From contig JAVKOQ020000010.1 in assembly GCA_031835245.2 (NCBI GenBank), positions 248,001 through 312,000 of the forward strand: DNA of 64,000 bases. Reading direction: 5' to 3'. The notes under the pieces were generated by a model. That model did no database searches. It had not been told where the DNA came from and saw only the letters and a list, made by a program, of their open reading frames with translations. Source of the DNA: Balamuthia mandrillaris. Its lineage: Eukaryota. Positions within the stretch are counted from its first letter, which is position 1, and each line of letters starts with the position of its first letter. The position numbers and the translations under genes are program-made. Below, in pieces: positions 13,339 through 25,600 of this stretch.

Positions 13339-16065
13339 TCAAGCAAAGGAACGTTTGGCCCGTTTGGGCTTCCGTCCATTTTGAATAAGATCCTGCACTT
13401 CAGCGGGCAGCACCCCAAACAGGTCTCCCACCTCGCCATCGGACAAACAGAGCAATGCTTTGTTCTGGCTGATGAAACCCGCGCAGAGAAGCAGCAGGCT
13501 AGAGGGAGTGTAACGCCGATACTCGCCAAAGTGTTGCCCCAAAATGTTGTTCAAGAGATTGAATATGCGTTCCTTGTGGATGAGCTCTTGTTTCTTCGTC
13601 TGCAGAGAGGCTACCGCTGGCTTCTCCACCAAGACTTGCACCAGTGGCTCTTCTTCAGTTTTGTCGATTTCATTGTGATTACTGTCTTGATTGGTGTGGC
13701 TGGTTGAGACTGCAGAAGATGAAGATGAAGATGAAGATGAAGATGAAGATGAAGATGAAGATGAAGATGAAGATGAAGATGAAGATGAAGATGGCGATGA
13801 GTCTGATGGCAAGGACGAAGATGATGAAGTTGAGGAGACATTTGGCGGCGTATTAGTATGCCGCAAGTTGTCGTTCTCATTGCTTGCGTCATCGTTCTCT
13901 TCCATGTTTTCCAGCGCTACATTTTCTTCTTCTATTTCCAGTTCAAGTTGATCCCTCAACTGTAACATCTTTTCTAGGCCAGGACCTGATAATAGCTTCA
14001 TCATACACTGTCCTACTTCTTCGTCTGGCTTACCATCTCTATAGACTTTTGCCCGCTTGCTTGTGTGAATCTCCTCTTCTTGGCTTTCTTCCTTTGTATC
14101 TTGCGCTTCCTGAACGCTCTTATGTTTTTGTTCGCTTGTCTCTGTTTCCTTTTCCTTTGGTTGCACTTCCTTAGAGTTCTCATTCTTTTCTTCACTTTGT
14201 GCTTCTTCTGTGCTGCCGTCGCTGTGACTAACTGCGTTTTCCGTTGTTTGTTGTGCTGCGACGGGAGAGGAGGAGGAAACGACGGAGGAAGAAGCAGAAG
14301 AGGCAAAAGTGGCCAATGCATCAATTTCTGCGATCGCTTGTTCAACGACGTTGTGGTTTGCACTTTCTATCCGCGATTTTTCGGTATTCAAAATGTTTTC
14401 CAATGCTTCTAAGGCTAGTTGTCTCAACGGTGGTGAATCCAACGCTTCTACCATCAAATCCAGGATACCATTCTCTACCAAGAAACTATAAAAAAGAAGA
14501 AACAAAGCATTAACAAAAACGACGACAATAGAGATAAAAGCAAAAAGGGAAGTGAGAAAAATGAGAAGAGAAGAGAGGGAAGAAGGCGAACTCGAAATGT
14601 TTTGGATTTGCGGAAAGCGTAGCTGTGAAAACAAGGTAGTTATGAGAAGGGGCCAACAGTGGAAGAGAGAGAGAGAAGTCAGTTAAGGCATACCATTGGA
14701 TACAGCCCAAAGTGCCTCTTTCTTAATGTCCGGATGGGCATCACTCTGTTTGCAAACCCTAAACACTGTCACATTTTGAATATGATTAAAGAAAGAACAA
14801 AAGAAAGTCTTCAACGTATATGACAGATAAAATTTACCCTCAGAAAGAACTTGGTTGGATATCAGAGCATCCACCTGCGGCATGGTTCCAGCTGCAATAT
14901 TGGAAATAGCCCAACATGCTTCCTTCACAATTCCTCTCTTATAATGGGAGAGCAGATCTCTTAGCCTTGGTAACAGCCCCTATTTGCAAGATTGAACCAG
15001 ATCACATTTAATCCAAACCAGAGATTGAGAGGGAGGCAGAAAAGAAAACACCAACGTGGTCAACAAGAAACTGAGTTTGAGTGTCGTTGCCGTTGGCTAT
15101 GTTGCCTAATGCTCGCAGCGCAGGAGTGACCAGCGAGGGTTGGCTGTGGCTAAAGCACGTGCGCCCCACAAAATAAAAGTAAAAAAAAGAGGAAGAAATG
15201 CAATGTGAAAAGGAAGAAACAGACAAACAAACAAACAAGCAAGCAAGCCAAAATAAAAATAAATTCACAAACTTATAGAAGAACTAAGGCAACGTGAGAG
15301 CTGTGAACTCCAACCTTAAAAGATCTATAAAGGTGGGAACCACCCAACCATGGTCGTGAAATACTTTATCACACAGCGCCTCGTTTCCTACGTCCGTAAT
15401 ATAACTAAATGCCCAACATGCATCCATCTTAACCTAAAGATGGCAAGAGAAAAGTAAAAATACAGCAGTTACAAGATCAAGCAAAAATAGAAAAAAGCCT
15501 GTAAGATCTTACTTCAAAATCGGAAGATTGTAACAAGGAAGCAACAGTGGGAAGCGCTTGGTACATGGTAGTTAAAGCTGGTGCAGGTTTACCCCGCAAC
15601 AGGTTGGAAATAGCCCATGCACCCACTCTTATCAGCGATGCTGACGAATTGCTCGCCATTGCTTGTGTTATTTTGTCGAGTCCGTTCAACGCCAACACCT
15701 TATCTCTGAGGTCCGGTGCATCTCCTTTGTATGTTCCCAGTTAGTGCGGGGAAGCGAAGAGAGCGAAGAAGAAGAGAGCAATGATGATAGAAGGCAAGAA
15801 TACCAGCTATATTTCCCATGGTCCAAATGGCCTGTTCTTTGAGGCTAACATTGTTTGCTGGTTCAAGGAGTGGTATGACGGCCTCCAGTGTGCCTGCCTC
15901 AACCATTTCTACCGTTTCTTGATGGCCAGCCGTGGTCAAGTTGGTCAGCACCCACGCCACCTCAAAGTGCAGCGATGATGCACCTGACAGCTGTTCACAC
16001 GCGCACCCAAGACAAACAGAGTTATTGAACAAAACAACAATATGCAACAAAACAACTATAACAAC

Positions 16066-16133
<68 letters not shown>

Positions 16134-16733
16134 AACGACAAGAAAGAAAGAAAGAAAGAAAGAAACGACAAGAAAGAAAGAAAGAAACGACAAGAAAGAA
16201 AGAAAGAAAGAAAGAAACGACAAGAAACGACAAGAAAGAAAGAAACGACAAGAAGGAAAACGAGAGAGAAAAGAACTAAGAAAGGCAAACCGAGTCCGCA
16301 GGGCGACGAAGCAGCTCCAACAGTTTGGGCAGTACACCGCTGTCCAGCGTCTCGCGTATGGGTGGGTTCATCACTGAACCTTATGTTACCACTCATTTTC
16401 AACAACATCGAGGCCTCGCCTCTCCAAACACCATATTTTTTTAAAAAAACAAAAGGCGAGAAAGGGCAAAACCAAACCTGCAAGCACGCGCCGCAGAGAC
16501 ACCACCGCCATGCTCTGTGCCTCGGCATCGCTATCGTCCAAGATGGTCGCAGCCAACGCTCTTACCTTTGTAATTTTTTTTTGAAAAAAAAAACCGAAAG
16601 GGCTTCAGCAAATAGAAAAACGATTTCAACGGCGAACTCGACGATCAACAACGATGAGGGAGCTCCTTACATGGCTGGATGTAGAAGAAGCTGAAGTCCC
16701 TTGTGAATCCTCACTTGCTTCGTTCGCCTCCAT
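13339..16733 (-). CDS. Importin-alpha-like ARM-repeat protein without an IBB domain, with a long acidic/Ser-rich insert and a C-terminal BC-box/Cul2-box
   Basis: NPPIRETLDSGVLPKLL, FEVAWVLTN, EQAIWTMGNIAG, WAISNLLRGKP, PALRALGNIANGND, KEACWAISNIAAG, KEALWAVSN; first exons 16733-16671, 16565-16478, 16373-16291. Confidence 0.88.
13712..13792 (-). repeat. Coding (GAAGAT)n hexamer repeat, read as poly-Ser in the importin-alpha-like gene
   Basis: Tandem GAAGAT units seen directly. Confidence 0.9.
16067..16260. repeat. Intronic (AAAG)n/AAACGACAAG compound microsatellite
   Basis: Seen directly; lies in an intron of the importin-alpha-like gene. Confidence 0.9.
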
Positions 16734-17292
16734 TCCGCGGTTTTTTTTACTTTCATTAGAATTTGAAGAATTTGAAGAATTTCAGAATTGTTAGAGAGCA
16801 ATGAATTTTTGTCGACGTGAAAGATCTCTGCTAAAGATGAGACAAAGAAAAAGACAACAGAAATGGCCTTTTTATGGTAAGGTAAAACCTCTGTTTTGAT
16901 TTTTGATTGGTGGTTTGAAACTTTCAGTAACCGATCAAAGCATTGAGCCGCTTTACTTTTTGAGCGCGGAGAGCCGGAGATTCTCCGCTCACCCTCCGGC
17001 CGGAGTCACTTTCCCCGGCTGTCTTCCCCCACGTTTGAGGAAGTCCAAAAAGTTCTTTCACCTCATATCAGCATTTGCTCTTTATTTGGAAGCCTCTTCT
17101 TGATATTTGTACGTGTTTATAAAAGAAAAAGACAGACTTGCAATCCTTTACGATTAAGGAATCGTTTACGTGTAGGGAGACATGTGACGACCCCGGTACC
17201 CCGAACAACCACCGCGCAGGGGAAGATATAGAGAGAGAAAGGGCTTCGAAAAGATGAAACGCTGCGGGTGCTGCGCGAGGGTGGGGTGTTTT

Positions 17293-17767
17293 ATGCTTGG
17301 CCCGCTTTACTTTGCCGCCCGTGGCCATCACTTTTACTCTCTTGATTACGCCGCCAAAGTAATAGGTCTCCCGGGCTCCATCTACGTCAACGACGGCAGT
17401 ATCGTCCCAGACTGGGGCCACCTCTTGTACTCTCCTGAGGAGATGCTCCATCTCTTGAAACAACGTCTGCCTCCCCAAGAGCAACCCCTAGTCAATGTGG
17501 CTGTGGATCTCATATACTCTGCACCTCACATCAATAGGCTCCCTCAACGGGCCTACGACGAGGTTCTTGATGGTTTTGTGGAGCAGGGAGCCGTACGCAT
17601 TCTGGTGCGGGAATGCTATGGCCCTACCTCCACCCGACATCCAAAAGGTGCTCGAAGCTCACTACGCTTCCCAAGGCATCACCCAATTCTCTTATGTCAA
17701 TTGCGAGTGGGTAATGCAGAAGGTCTCACCTTCCGCTTCCCATGAACCTCCCCCGGCATATTCCTAG
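17293..17767 (+). pseudogene. Intronless hypothetical ORF, probably frameshifted near 17620
   Basis: Two overlapping + ORFs (17254-17745, 17495-17767) join into one globular-looking protein if one C is removed from GGCCCTA; no family recognised. Confidence 0.35.
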
Positions 17768-18169
17768 CCTTCACCCTTCTTATTTTTTGTTTTCATATTA
17801 CCTCTTTTATATAAATGTACGAACTCCAGTAGGAGCATGCACTCCCATTATGTGGCTGGAAGGGGAAAAAGGGCAGCAAAATAGTCCCTGCTAAGTTTAG
17901 CGGGGAAAATTGTGTCGACAAGGAACATTTGTATCGTCAAACGACATACCTATTAGAGGCACATCTACGAGGTTGAGTAGTTTTTCTTTCTTTGAGGGTA
18001 AAAAAAAGTGTAGCGGTGAGTCAGACGGCTGCTGTTTCTTCTCTGCTTCTTGGGTGGTGGTGATTAGTTTTTTTGGAGTAGCGGGGCAAGTATTTACAAA
18101 AAAAAAAAAGGGGGGGAGTGGTGCCGCTACGTATCGCCGGAAGTGGAGGGAAAGCTGCGACATCGCCGA

Positions 18170-18719
18170 ATGACTGACGCCCAGATGGAGGAAACAACGG
18201 TGACCAGGAACCTGTGGCAAGCAAAGGAAGCCTTTCACACCCAAAACCCTGAGGAATCGAGGCTGGCGCACAGCTGCCCTTGCATTTGCGAGCCTGGTCA
18301 CAAAACGTAACCTAACTCCTCCCACTTTTTTTGTGTTTTGAGAATACCGCTCCGAGTTGTTTGTTGGAGTATTTGATTCGGTCACACCCTGACCGCTGCT
18401 GCTTGATTTTTGCACTGTTTTAGATATGCGGCGCCCGTAGGGATCAGAAAGTACGTCAAAGAGTGCGAGCTTTCGGCCACGCAAGGCTTGATCATTGGCT
18501 GCGCGTTGGTAGCGTTCATAACGGCCATGGAGGCCGTTGCCGCCAACTACGCTATGGGTCTGGTATTCCTGTTTGCAATTGCGCTCACCATGGGAATCTT
18601 TACCAAGATCAACAAACAGGCTGAAATGGACTTTTTCGAGTCGGAGCGGCGTAGAGAGAACTGGTGTGCATTACCTTTCCTCTGTTCTCTTCTGCTCGCC
18701 TTCTCACTTTTTACTTCCC

Positions 18720-18764
<45 letters not shown>

Positions 18765-19356
18765 CGTGTTATTCTAATCTTCCCCCCACAAACTCATATA
18801 GGGAATGTGAGAACTATTTAGAGGGTGAGCAAAGAGAGATGGTGGAGCTGTATGTCAGCAAGGGGATGAACCCCGAAGACGCTGAGACTGTGGTTCGACT
18901 GCTAAGCAAAAACCAGAAAATGTTTGTAGATATCATGATGGTCGAAGAGCTTGGCCTCATGCCGCACCACCATGAACTTTCACCCCTTCAAAGAGGCTTT
19001 CTTGCCTTCTTTGGCTTTTTCGTCAGCAGCTCTATACCAATGTTGGCTTTCCTTGCTTGTTATAACTATTGGTACAACGGACCGGCTGCCTTCCAGGCCT
19101 CCTTCTGTATTGCCTCTGGCACTCTTTTTGCTTACTCTTATGTTAAGGTAGCGCTCTTGACTACTCCCAAAATATTTACTTTTGTCACTAACCTTGCGGA
19201 TCATAGCACAAGCTGTTTATAGATTTGAAAGCCTGGTGGAAGCAGTGTGTACAAATGGTCATCGTTCAAAGCATTATTGTAGCTTTTACTGTATCCTGCG
19301 CGTCTTACCTGCACGAACGCGAAGCCCTCTTCCTGCTCAACCCGATAATGGCTTAG
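18170..19356 (+). CDS. VIT1/CCC1-family vacuolar iron transporter-like protein; introns 18307-18423, 18664-18801, 19148-19206
   Basis: Cytosolic metal-binding region ERRRENWECENYLEGEQREMVELYVSKG..FVDIMMVEELGL with flanking hydrophobic helices. Confidence 0.85.
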
Positions 19357-20114
19357 TTGGTGGTCCACCTTCTGCACACTTCCTTCCTCCTGCCTTTTTT
19401 TTAGAATCATCGTTTGTGAACAACACACCAAACAGCATCGACTCGGTGGTGCTTCAACCATGCAATACAGGCGAGCACATGTATCTCGTCCTCTTCCTTC
19501 AAGCGCTTGAACTCGGACACCACATCAATTATCGTCCAGCATTACCATTCATCGCCACCAAAGCCAATGCCTTCAACACGTGATTACCATGCATGGACAA
19601 TCGCCTCTCCCTCCTCTTTGTAACCTGCCTACTCATGCACAACCAATCTTCCATCCTCTATCACTATTGAATTGGTCACCCTCCAACAGCAACACCTATT
19701 CGTACCGCCACAAACCGCTTTATCTACGCTCCTAGAGTTGGAGAACGACGAGAACAAACCCCTTCCTCACCCACCCACTGCTAACGATTTGGAAGGGCAC
19801 AGAATGCGGGCTCTTTCTCGCCATAGAAACGATAAGAAAGAAACGACACGAGAAAGAATAACGTGGTACCACGAGGAGAGGCTACTGCTGAAACTAGTTT
19901 GGTGCTGCTGCACATATCGTCTTTCATTGTATGTTTTGTATTTGTTTTGCAACAAACAGCATCCACACCTACCGCATCCGTTGTCCCCTTTTTTCTTGTT
20001 CCAAAGTGGAGTAGGATAGTGGTGTCACCCACGTTTTACTAGTACAAGACAATATGAACATCTGTGTGGTGTGTGTGGGTTGGGTAGTCCTGCTAACATT
20101 CGCGTACTATGGTT

Positions 20115-20621
20115 TTAGTGTCGATGAGGGCGATGAGGACGGTGGTGACCGCTAAAGTGTCTCCTGGTGAGGGCTTTGCCTTCCGTAAGCAGAAAATACA
20201 AGACAAGGCCCAAGGGTCCTCCCACCATGATGCTCAACAGCACGAGGCTGCAGAACAGGTCGCTGAGATTATCTCCTCTGCGGCGGAGCCACACCCATTT
20301 GCCAACAAACAGATTGAAGGTAAGGACATGGAGGGCCAGCAAGGCGGGCGAGGCGGTCGCGGTGAGGCCTCCCAGCACCACCTGTAGGGCACCCTCCACA
20401 GAAAAGGCGTTGGCCAGCAGTCCCGACAGCTGTTGGGGCAGTTGCGGCACGAACAGAAAAACGTAGAAGGCCAGATGGGGCAGCAGCACCAGAGGGCCTT
20501 CCAGCAGCTTGTAAGTGTACTCCCAGCGGGGGAGAAATATCATGGCGAACCACGCAAACACCGTGCACGCCACCACCGCTCCGAAGAATATGGGGTACTG
20601 CGATAGCTCCGAGGCAGACAT
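20115..20621 (-). CDS. ABA4-like/DUF4281 membrane protein
   Basis: W..MIFLPRW, LHVLTFNLFVGKW and MVGGPLGLVLY match the family pattern H.L.FDLFVG.W / GP.G.L.Y; intronless. Confidence 0.75.
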   Translation of the reverse strand: MSASELSQYPIFFGAVVACTVFAWFAMIFLPRWEYTYKLLEGPLVLLPHLAFYVFLFVPQLPQQLSGLLANAFSVEGALQVVLGGLTATASPALLALHVLTFNLFVGKWVWLRRRGDNLSDLFCSLVLLSIMVGGPLGLVLYFLLTEGKALTRRHFSGHHRPHRPHRH

Positions 20622-20994
20622 GTCGGTTAGCTGCCTTGCTGCTACTCTCCTCTTCGTCGTTACGTTGTTTCTGCTACTTTCTTTTTTTTTTGTTTGTATT
20701 CGCGATTTTTGTCGACCACATTTCGAAGAATGGAATAGTATACCATTTCCAGGTGAGCTTACGTCATGCAACATACGGACTCCAAGGCAAAAAAAAAAGA
20801 TCAAGTTTCAGCAACGGCGCTGTAGAGAGGGAGAGAGAGCTGCTGTTGGTGGTGAAGGGGAGCGTGCCGGTACTGCTGGTTTTTTTTTTTAATTTGAAAA
20901 CCTTTTGGGTTGAGAGGGAGGTGTGGAGGAAGTTTGTGGCCGTGACAAAAGTTAAACAAGGGCGTGCGAGAAAGGGAAGCCTTAATTCGGAGTG

Positions 20995-21752
20995 ATGGAT
21001 TTCTTTGTAGAGGAGCGATTGGATGATGGGCTGGTGGAGAGTAAAGACCCGCGTATACACGCCATAGCTGGAGGCTGCGCTGGAGTCATGGAACACTGTG
21101 GCATGTTTCCTTTGGACACTGTTAAAGTGAGTGTTGGCCTTATTTCAGCGGAGTCTTTTTCGTTTTTCTTCATCTGCCACTCCTCTTTTCTGTCTCTTGT
21201 TTTTTTTGTTGTTGTTGCCGTCGTTGTGATCTCGCTTGTGCCTCACTAACTCTTCTTCTTGTTCTTCATGTTTGTTCGTCTTCTTGTTCTTGCTTGTGCT
21301 TCTTCTCTTTTCTTCGTTCTACTACTCTACGCTGTGTTACCCTTCAAACCCCAACAAGACGCATCAACAACTATTAAACAGCCCTTCGATCGGCCGCACA
21401 GTACGAACCATTATCCAAAAGAACGGCCTTATGGGGCTCTTCAGAGGACTTCCGGTGGTGGCCGGTGGTGCTGCTCCTGTTCACAGCATCTCCTTCACTG
21501 TCTACGAGTTCACCAAACGTCTTACCAACGCCAACCAGACTGGAACACATCAAAAACTTGCAGAGGGCTTCTCGGGAGCGGTGGCTACGTTGTCGCATGA
21601 CGCCTGCATGTCTCCCATTGACACCGTCAAACAGAGGCTTCAATTTGGCGGTCGCCCTTATCGTGGCGTAGTTGACTGTGTAACACAACTGTGGCGTACT
21701 GAGGGCCTCGTTGTTTTTTACAGGTTTGTCTCATTTTTGTGTTCTCTCGTCT

Positions 21753-21802
<50 letters not shown>

Positions 21803-22446
21803 GAAGTCTACTAACTCCATTCAATAAAGGGGTTTCACGACAACAGCAACAATGAACTTACCTTATGGCACTGTCTATTATGGTTCTTATGAGAGCATGA
21901 AGAGGATGATCAAGTCAGGGATAGGTCATGAAAACCAACGCAACGACCCTCTCACCCACATGCTGGCAGGTGCTTGCGGCGGAGCAATGGCTGGCGCTGT
22001 CACCACTCCTTTAGACATTATCAGGACAAAACTACAAGTTGGATCGGATGCTGGAGGTTAGTTTCCTCTTCTTTCCTTTCACTCTACTATTTTCTTCTCT
22101 TCTCTCGTTCGTTTTGTTCTTTACTTCTCTCCTTTTGCTCTCTCTCTCTCTCTCTCTCTCTCTCTGCTCTCCGTTATATGGTAACCAAATTACTACAGGT
22201 GTACGGTATTCGGGAATGGTGAAGACAACGCGACAGATATGGGAAGCGGAGCGATGGAGAGGGTTCGTGAAGGGTTTGAGGGCTAGGGTTTTGTTCCACT
22301 CCATGTCGGCGGCCATCAGTTGGACCACGTATGAGTACATGAAGTTCTTGTTAGAGACCATTTTTCTTGAACAGCAACAGCAACAACAGCAGCAGCAACT
22401 AAGAAACAGTACCGTGGAGGCAGAGGGCTCCACGCGGCGGGATTGA
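20995..22446 (+). CDS. Mitochondrial carrier, mitoferrin (MRS3/4, SLC25A28/37)-like; introns 21127-21358, 21724-21829, 22057-22198
   Basis: AGVMEHCGMFPLDTVKT, HDACMSPIDTVKQRLQ and TTPLDIIRTKLQ: three carrier signatures with mitoferrin-type EH/HD residues. Confidence 0.88.
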
Positions 22447-22662
22447 CTATAGCTCTTTAACTCTCTTGTCCTTCTTCTTTCTTCTCTCTTTTTTTAAAAT
22501 GTTGAAAGAGAGAGCGAGAGAAAGGATAGCTTCTCTCTCTTTTTATTCTGGTTTTTGTGGTGGGTGGATGGGTGCTTTTCTTGAACTTATTTATTTTTTT
22601 AACAAACCATTATTATGTTAGAATGAAGTGAAACTACAAGTGCCTTTTGTAACTCGTTGGCA

Positions 22663-25600
22663 TCAGGGTGCTCCAGCGGCAGAGGAAACCTTGTCTCTGC
22701 TTCGTTTCTTCTTTTTGCGCGACGCTTTCACTATAGTTTTGAAAAGTCAAAAGCAAGAACATAAAGGAGTAAGCGCATGCATTGAAGGAATACTGAAGCG
22801 GGAGGCAGGGCAAAAGAGAAGGCTCAGGGCAGTAGGTAAGCTTACCAATCTCGATGGCATTGAGAAGGAGAGGCAATCCGTTGTCGTCTTTGAGGAGGAT
22901 GACGTCGGCGTTGTTTTTGGCAATGGCAGTGCCTTTGCGCCGGAAGCTAATGCCAATATCAGCAAGTTTGAGTGCTGCCGCCTCGCTCACGCTCTCCCCG
23001 GTCACAGACACCACGTAGCCTAACGTTTGCAGCGCTCCCACTATCTTAAATTTAAGACCAACTGGCATGCTATTTTTTGGTTGTTTCCTTCGTTAACGCA
23101 TAAAGAAGAAATACTGAAAGAAGAAGAGGAAGAAGAAGAAGAACAAGAAGAAGAAGAAGAAGAAGAAGAAGAAGAAGAAGAAGAAGAAGAAGAAGAAGAA
23201 GAAGAAGAAGAAGAACAAGAACAAGAAGAACAAGAAGAACTGCTAGAGAAAAGAAACCTTGCAAATATGACTTGCTCGTATTGTTGCAGAATTGTCTGTA
23301 AGGTTTCGTCGGTCATGTCTTTGAGAGCCGAGCCAGACACTACTGCTGCCCTTTGTTCCACATCTGCGGAAGAAGATAAAGAACCGGCAGTAGCTGTACT
23401 CTCTTGAGCTGTAGCTGTGGAGATAAAGGGAATGGGATGTCCATCTTTGGTGAAGAAGCCGTCCACCGCTTGTTCTGCGGTGATGATGCCGCAGGCAGAG
23501 GCCAATACTTTGGCGGGGAGTGGGTGCAGCGGGGTGCACATGAATAGCTTGATCTGTGCTTCTTGGTACTTGCGTACGATGTGAGTGATGTTGTCGTATG
23601 GTCGGTCGATGCACGAAGCTAATCCCAATAAAGTAAACTTTCCTTGCTGTGTGTTGTTTTTCGTATTGTTAGAAAGAAGGAAGAAGGAAAAAAAGGTGGA
23701 AGAAGTACAAAGTCATCCAGGCCAAACTCGTAATCTGGAGGATATTTGTCATCTCGCAACACTTTTTGTGCAAAGGCTATCACCCGCTATCATTATCATT
23801 CAACATTTCAGTTTCGCAGAGGGAGAGGGAGAGGGAGAGGGAGAGGGAGAGGGAGAGGGAGAGGGAGAGGGAGAGGGAGAGGGAGAGGGAGAGGAGAGGG
23901 AGAGGGAGAGGGAGAGGAGAGGGAGAGGGAGAGGGAGAGGGAGAGGGAGAGGGAGAGGGAGAGGGAGAGGGAGGAGGGGAGAGGGAGAGGGAGAGGGAGA
24001 GGGAGAGGGAGAGGGAGAGGGAGAGGGAGAAGAGATAAAGAACGAACACGTAATTACGTGTTCTTGAGAGAGAGAGAGAGAAAAAAAGAGGAAGAACAAA
24101 CCTCTCCTTGCGTCCGCAAGTACTGGTAAATGATCATTTTGGTATGGAGATCTCTAGAGGATAGCTTCTTTCTCTTGCCGTTTAGCATGAAGCTGTTGCA
24201 CTTGGAGAAGACAACCTCCGGCATGCCTCTCAACAACACTAGAAAAGTTCGTTGTGGGTTGGAATAGCTTTGTGCTCTGCCTTTCGTTGAGGTAGCAGCA
24301 GATGGAGGAACTGCCATCTTTTCTCTTTGCCTACGATCCCTATGATCATAATACCGAGTTGACCTCTTGCTGCTTCCAGTGGTGGGTCTTTGTCGGCGTC
24401 GTCTCGAGGATGCCTTTGAAGAGGAAGAAGAAGACGAAGAAGAAGACCTACCAACGGAAGAAGGAAGATCACCATCCTCGAGCGAAGAGGTTTCTTCCTC
24501 GGTCCGTGCGTGGTCCGTACTAGCCTCTAAGGGGTCGTTGATCTGTTCATCATCGGCCAATGGGAGAGGGTGCTCCGAGTTAATGCGCTCTCGCTGATAG
24601 TAGAAGGATCTCTCGGCCAGCATCTGTTCTTGCATTTCCGCTTCCTGATGCTCGTATGAAGAGTATTCTCTGGCGCTGGCCTCAACCGGTGTTTCGCTGT
24701 CGCTTCCTGCTCTCTTTTTGCCTTTTTTTCTTTCATTTGTGCCTCTTCTACCCCCTTTCTTGGGAGGTGCGGGAGGAGGCCTCTCTTCCAACGATTGAGA
24801 TCGCTTTCGTATAGCTCTCGCAGAGAATTTTTCTTTGGGGGCTCCCGTGTCACTGTCCTTTTGCAGAGAAGCTTCTGATTTGTTCTTGCTCCTCCAACGG
24901 TGAACACTGACGGCCCATGGTATGGGTGATTCAAAGGCTTGAGCATGAACTCTAGGCCATTCGAAACGCGCCTATTGCGTTGCTATAAGTTAGCAAAGAC
25001 CAGAGTTAACTTAAGAGTAAGAAACAAAATACTATGGTACCTCTTCATAAGCAGGATAGTTGCGGAGAACGTTGGGAGGTACCATGGCGTGCTCGTAAAA
25101 GTAAAGAAAGGCAGCATCCCACTTATCTCCCACAATGGGCAACGTTGCCAAGCTCTCCAAGCTGTAGTAGCGGCTAGAGATTGGTAGTCCCTCTGCTGTA
25201 ATGTCTAAGAGAAAAGGTGGGCTAGTGCCAAAGCTAGTTGCTGTTGGGCTAGTAGAGGGCATATTGCTCGAGTCAGACCCATATTCGCTTCTAACTAGGT
25301 TGGTGGAGGCTTGCTCCGATGCCGTTGCTCCAACCCCTGTAGGAGGGGAGGTACTCGCTAGTGATCCAGCTGCTGACTTGTCCTTTCTGGAGAAAAGTTC
25401 CTTCACTCGTAGCTTCTTGGAGGCCGCCACGATCTGGTTTGATTGCAGAGGCGAGGAAAATGTTGGTGAGGAGGACAAGGAGGCCGAGGCGGCGCCTTGT
25501 TGTTGCGAGATGCCGAGCGAAGAGGAGTCTCTCCCAGCAGCTTTGTGTGTAGGCCGTGGTGATCTGGGGCTGGGCGGTGGAGATGAAAACCCACCAGTGG

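Noticed and set aside
19400..20050. Possible coding remnants between the VIT and ABA4-like genes
   Set aside because: Could not build a consistent exon chain or recognise any motif
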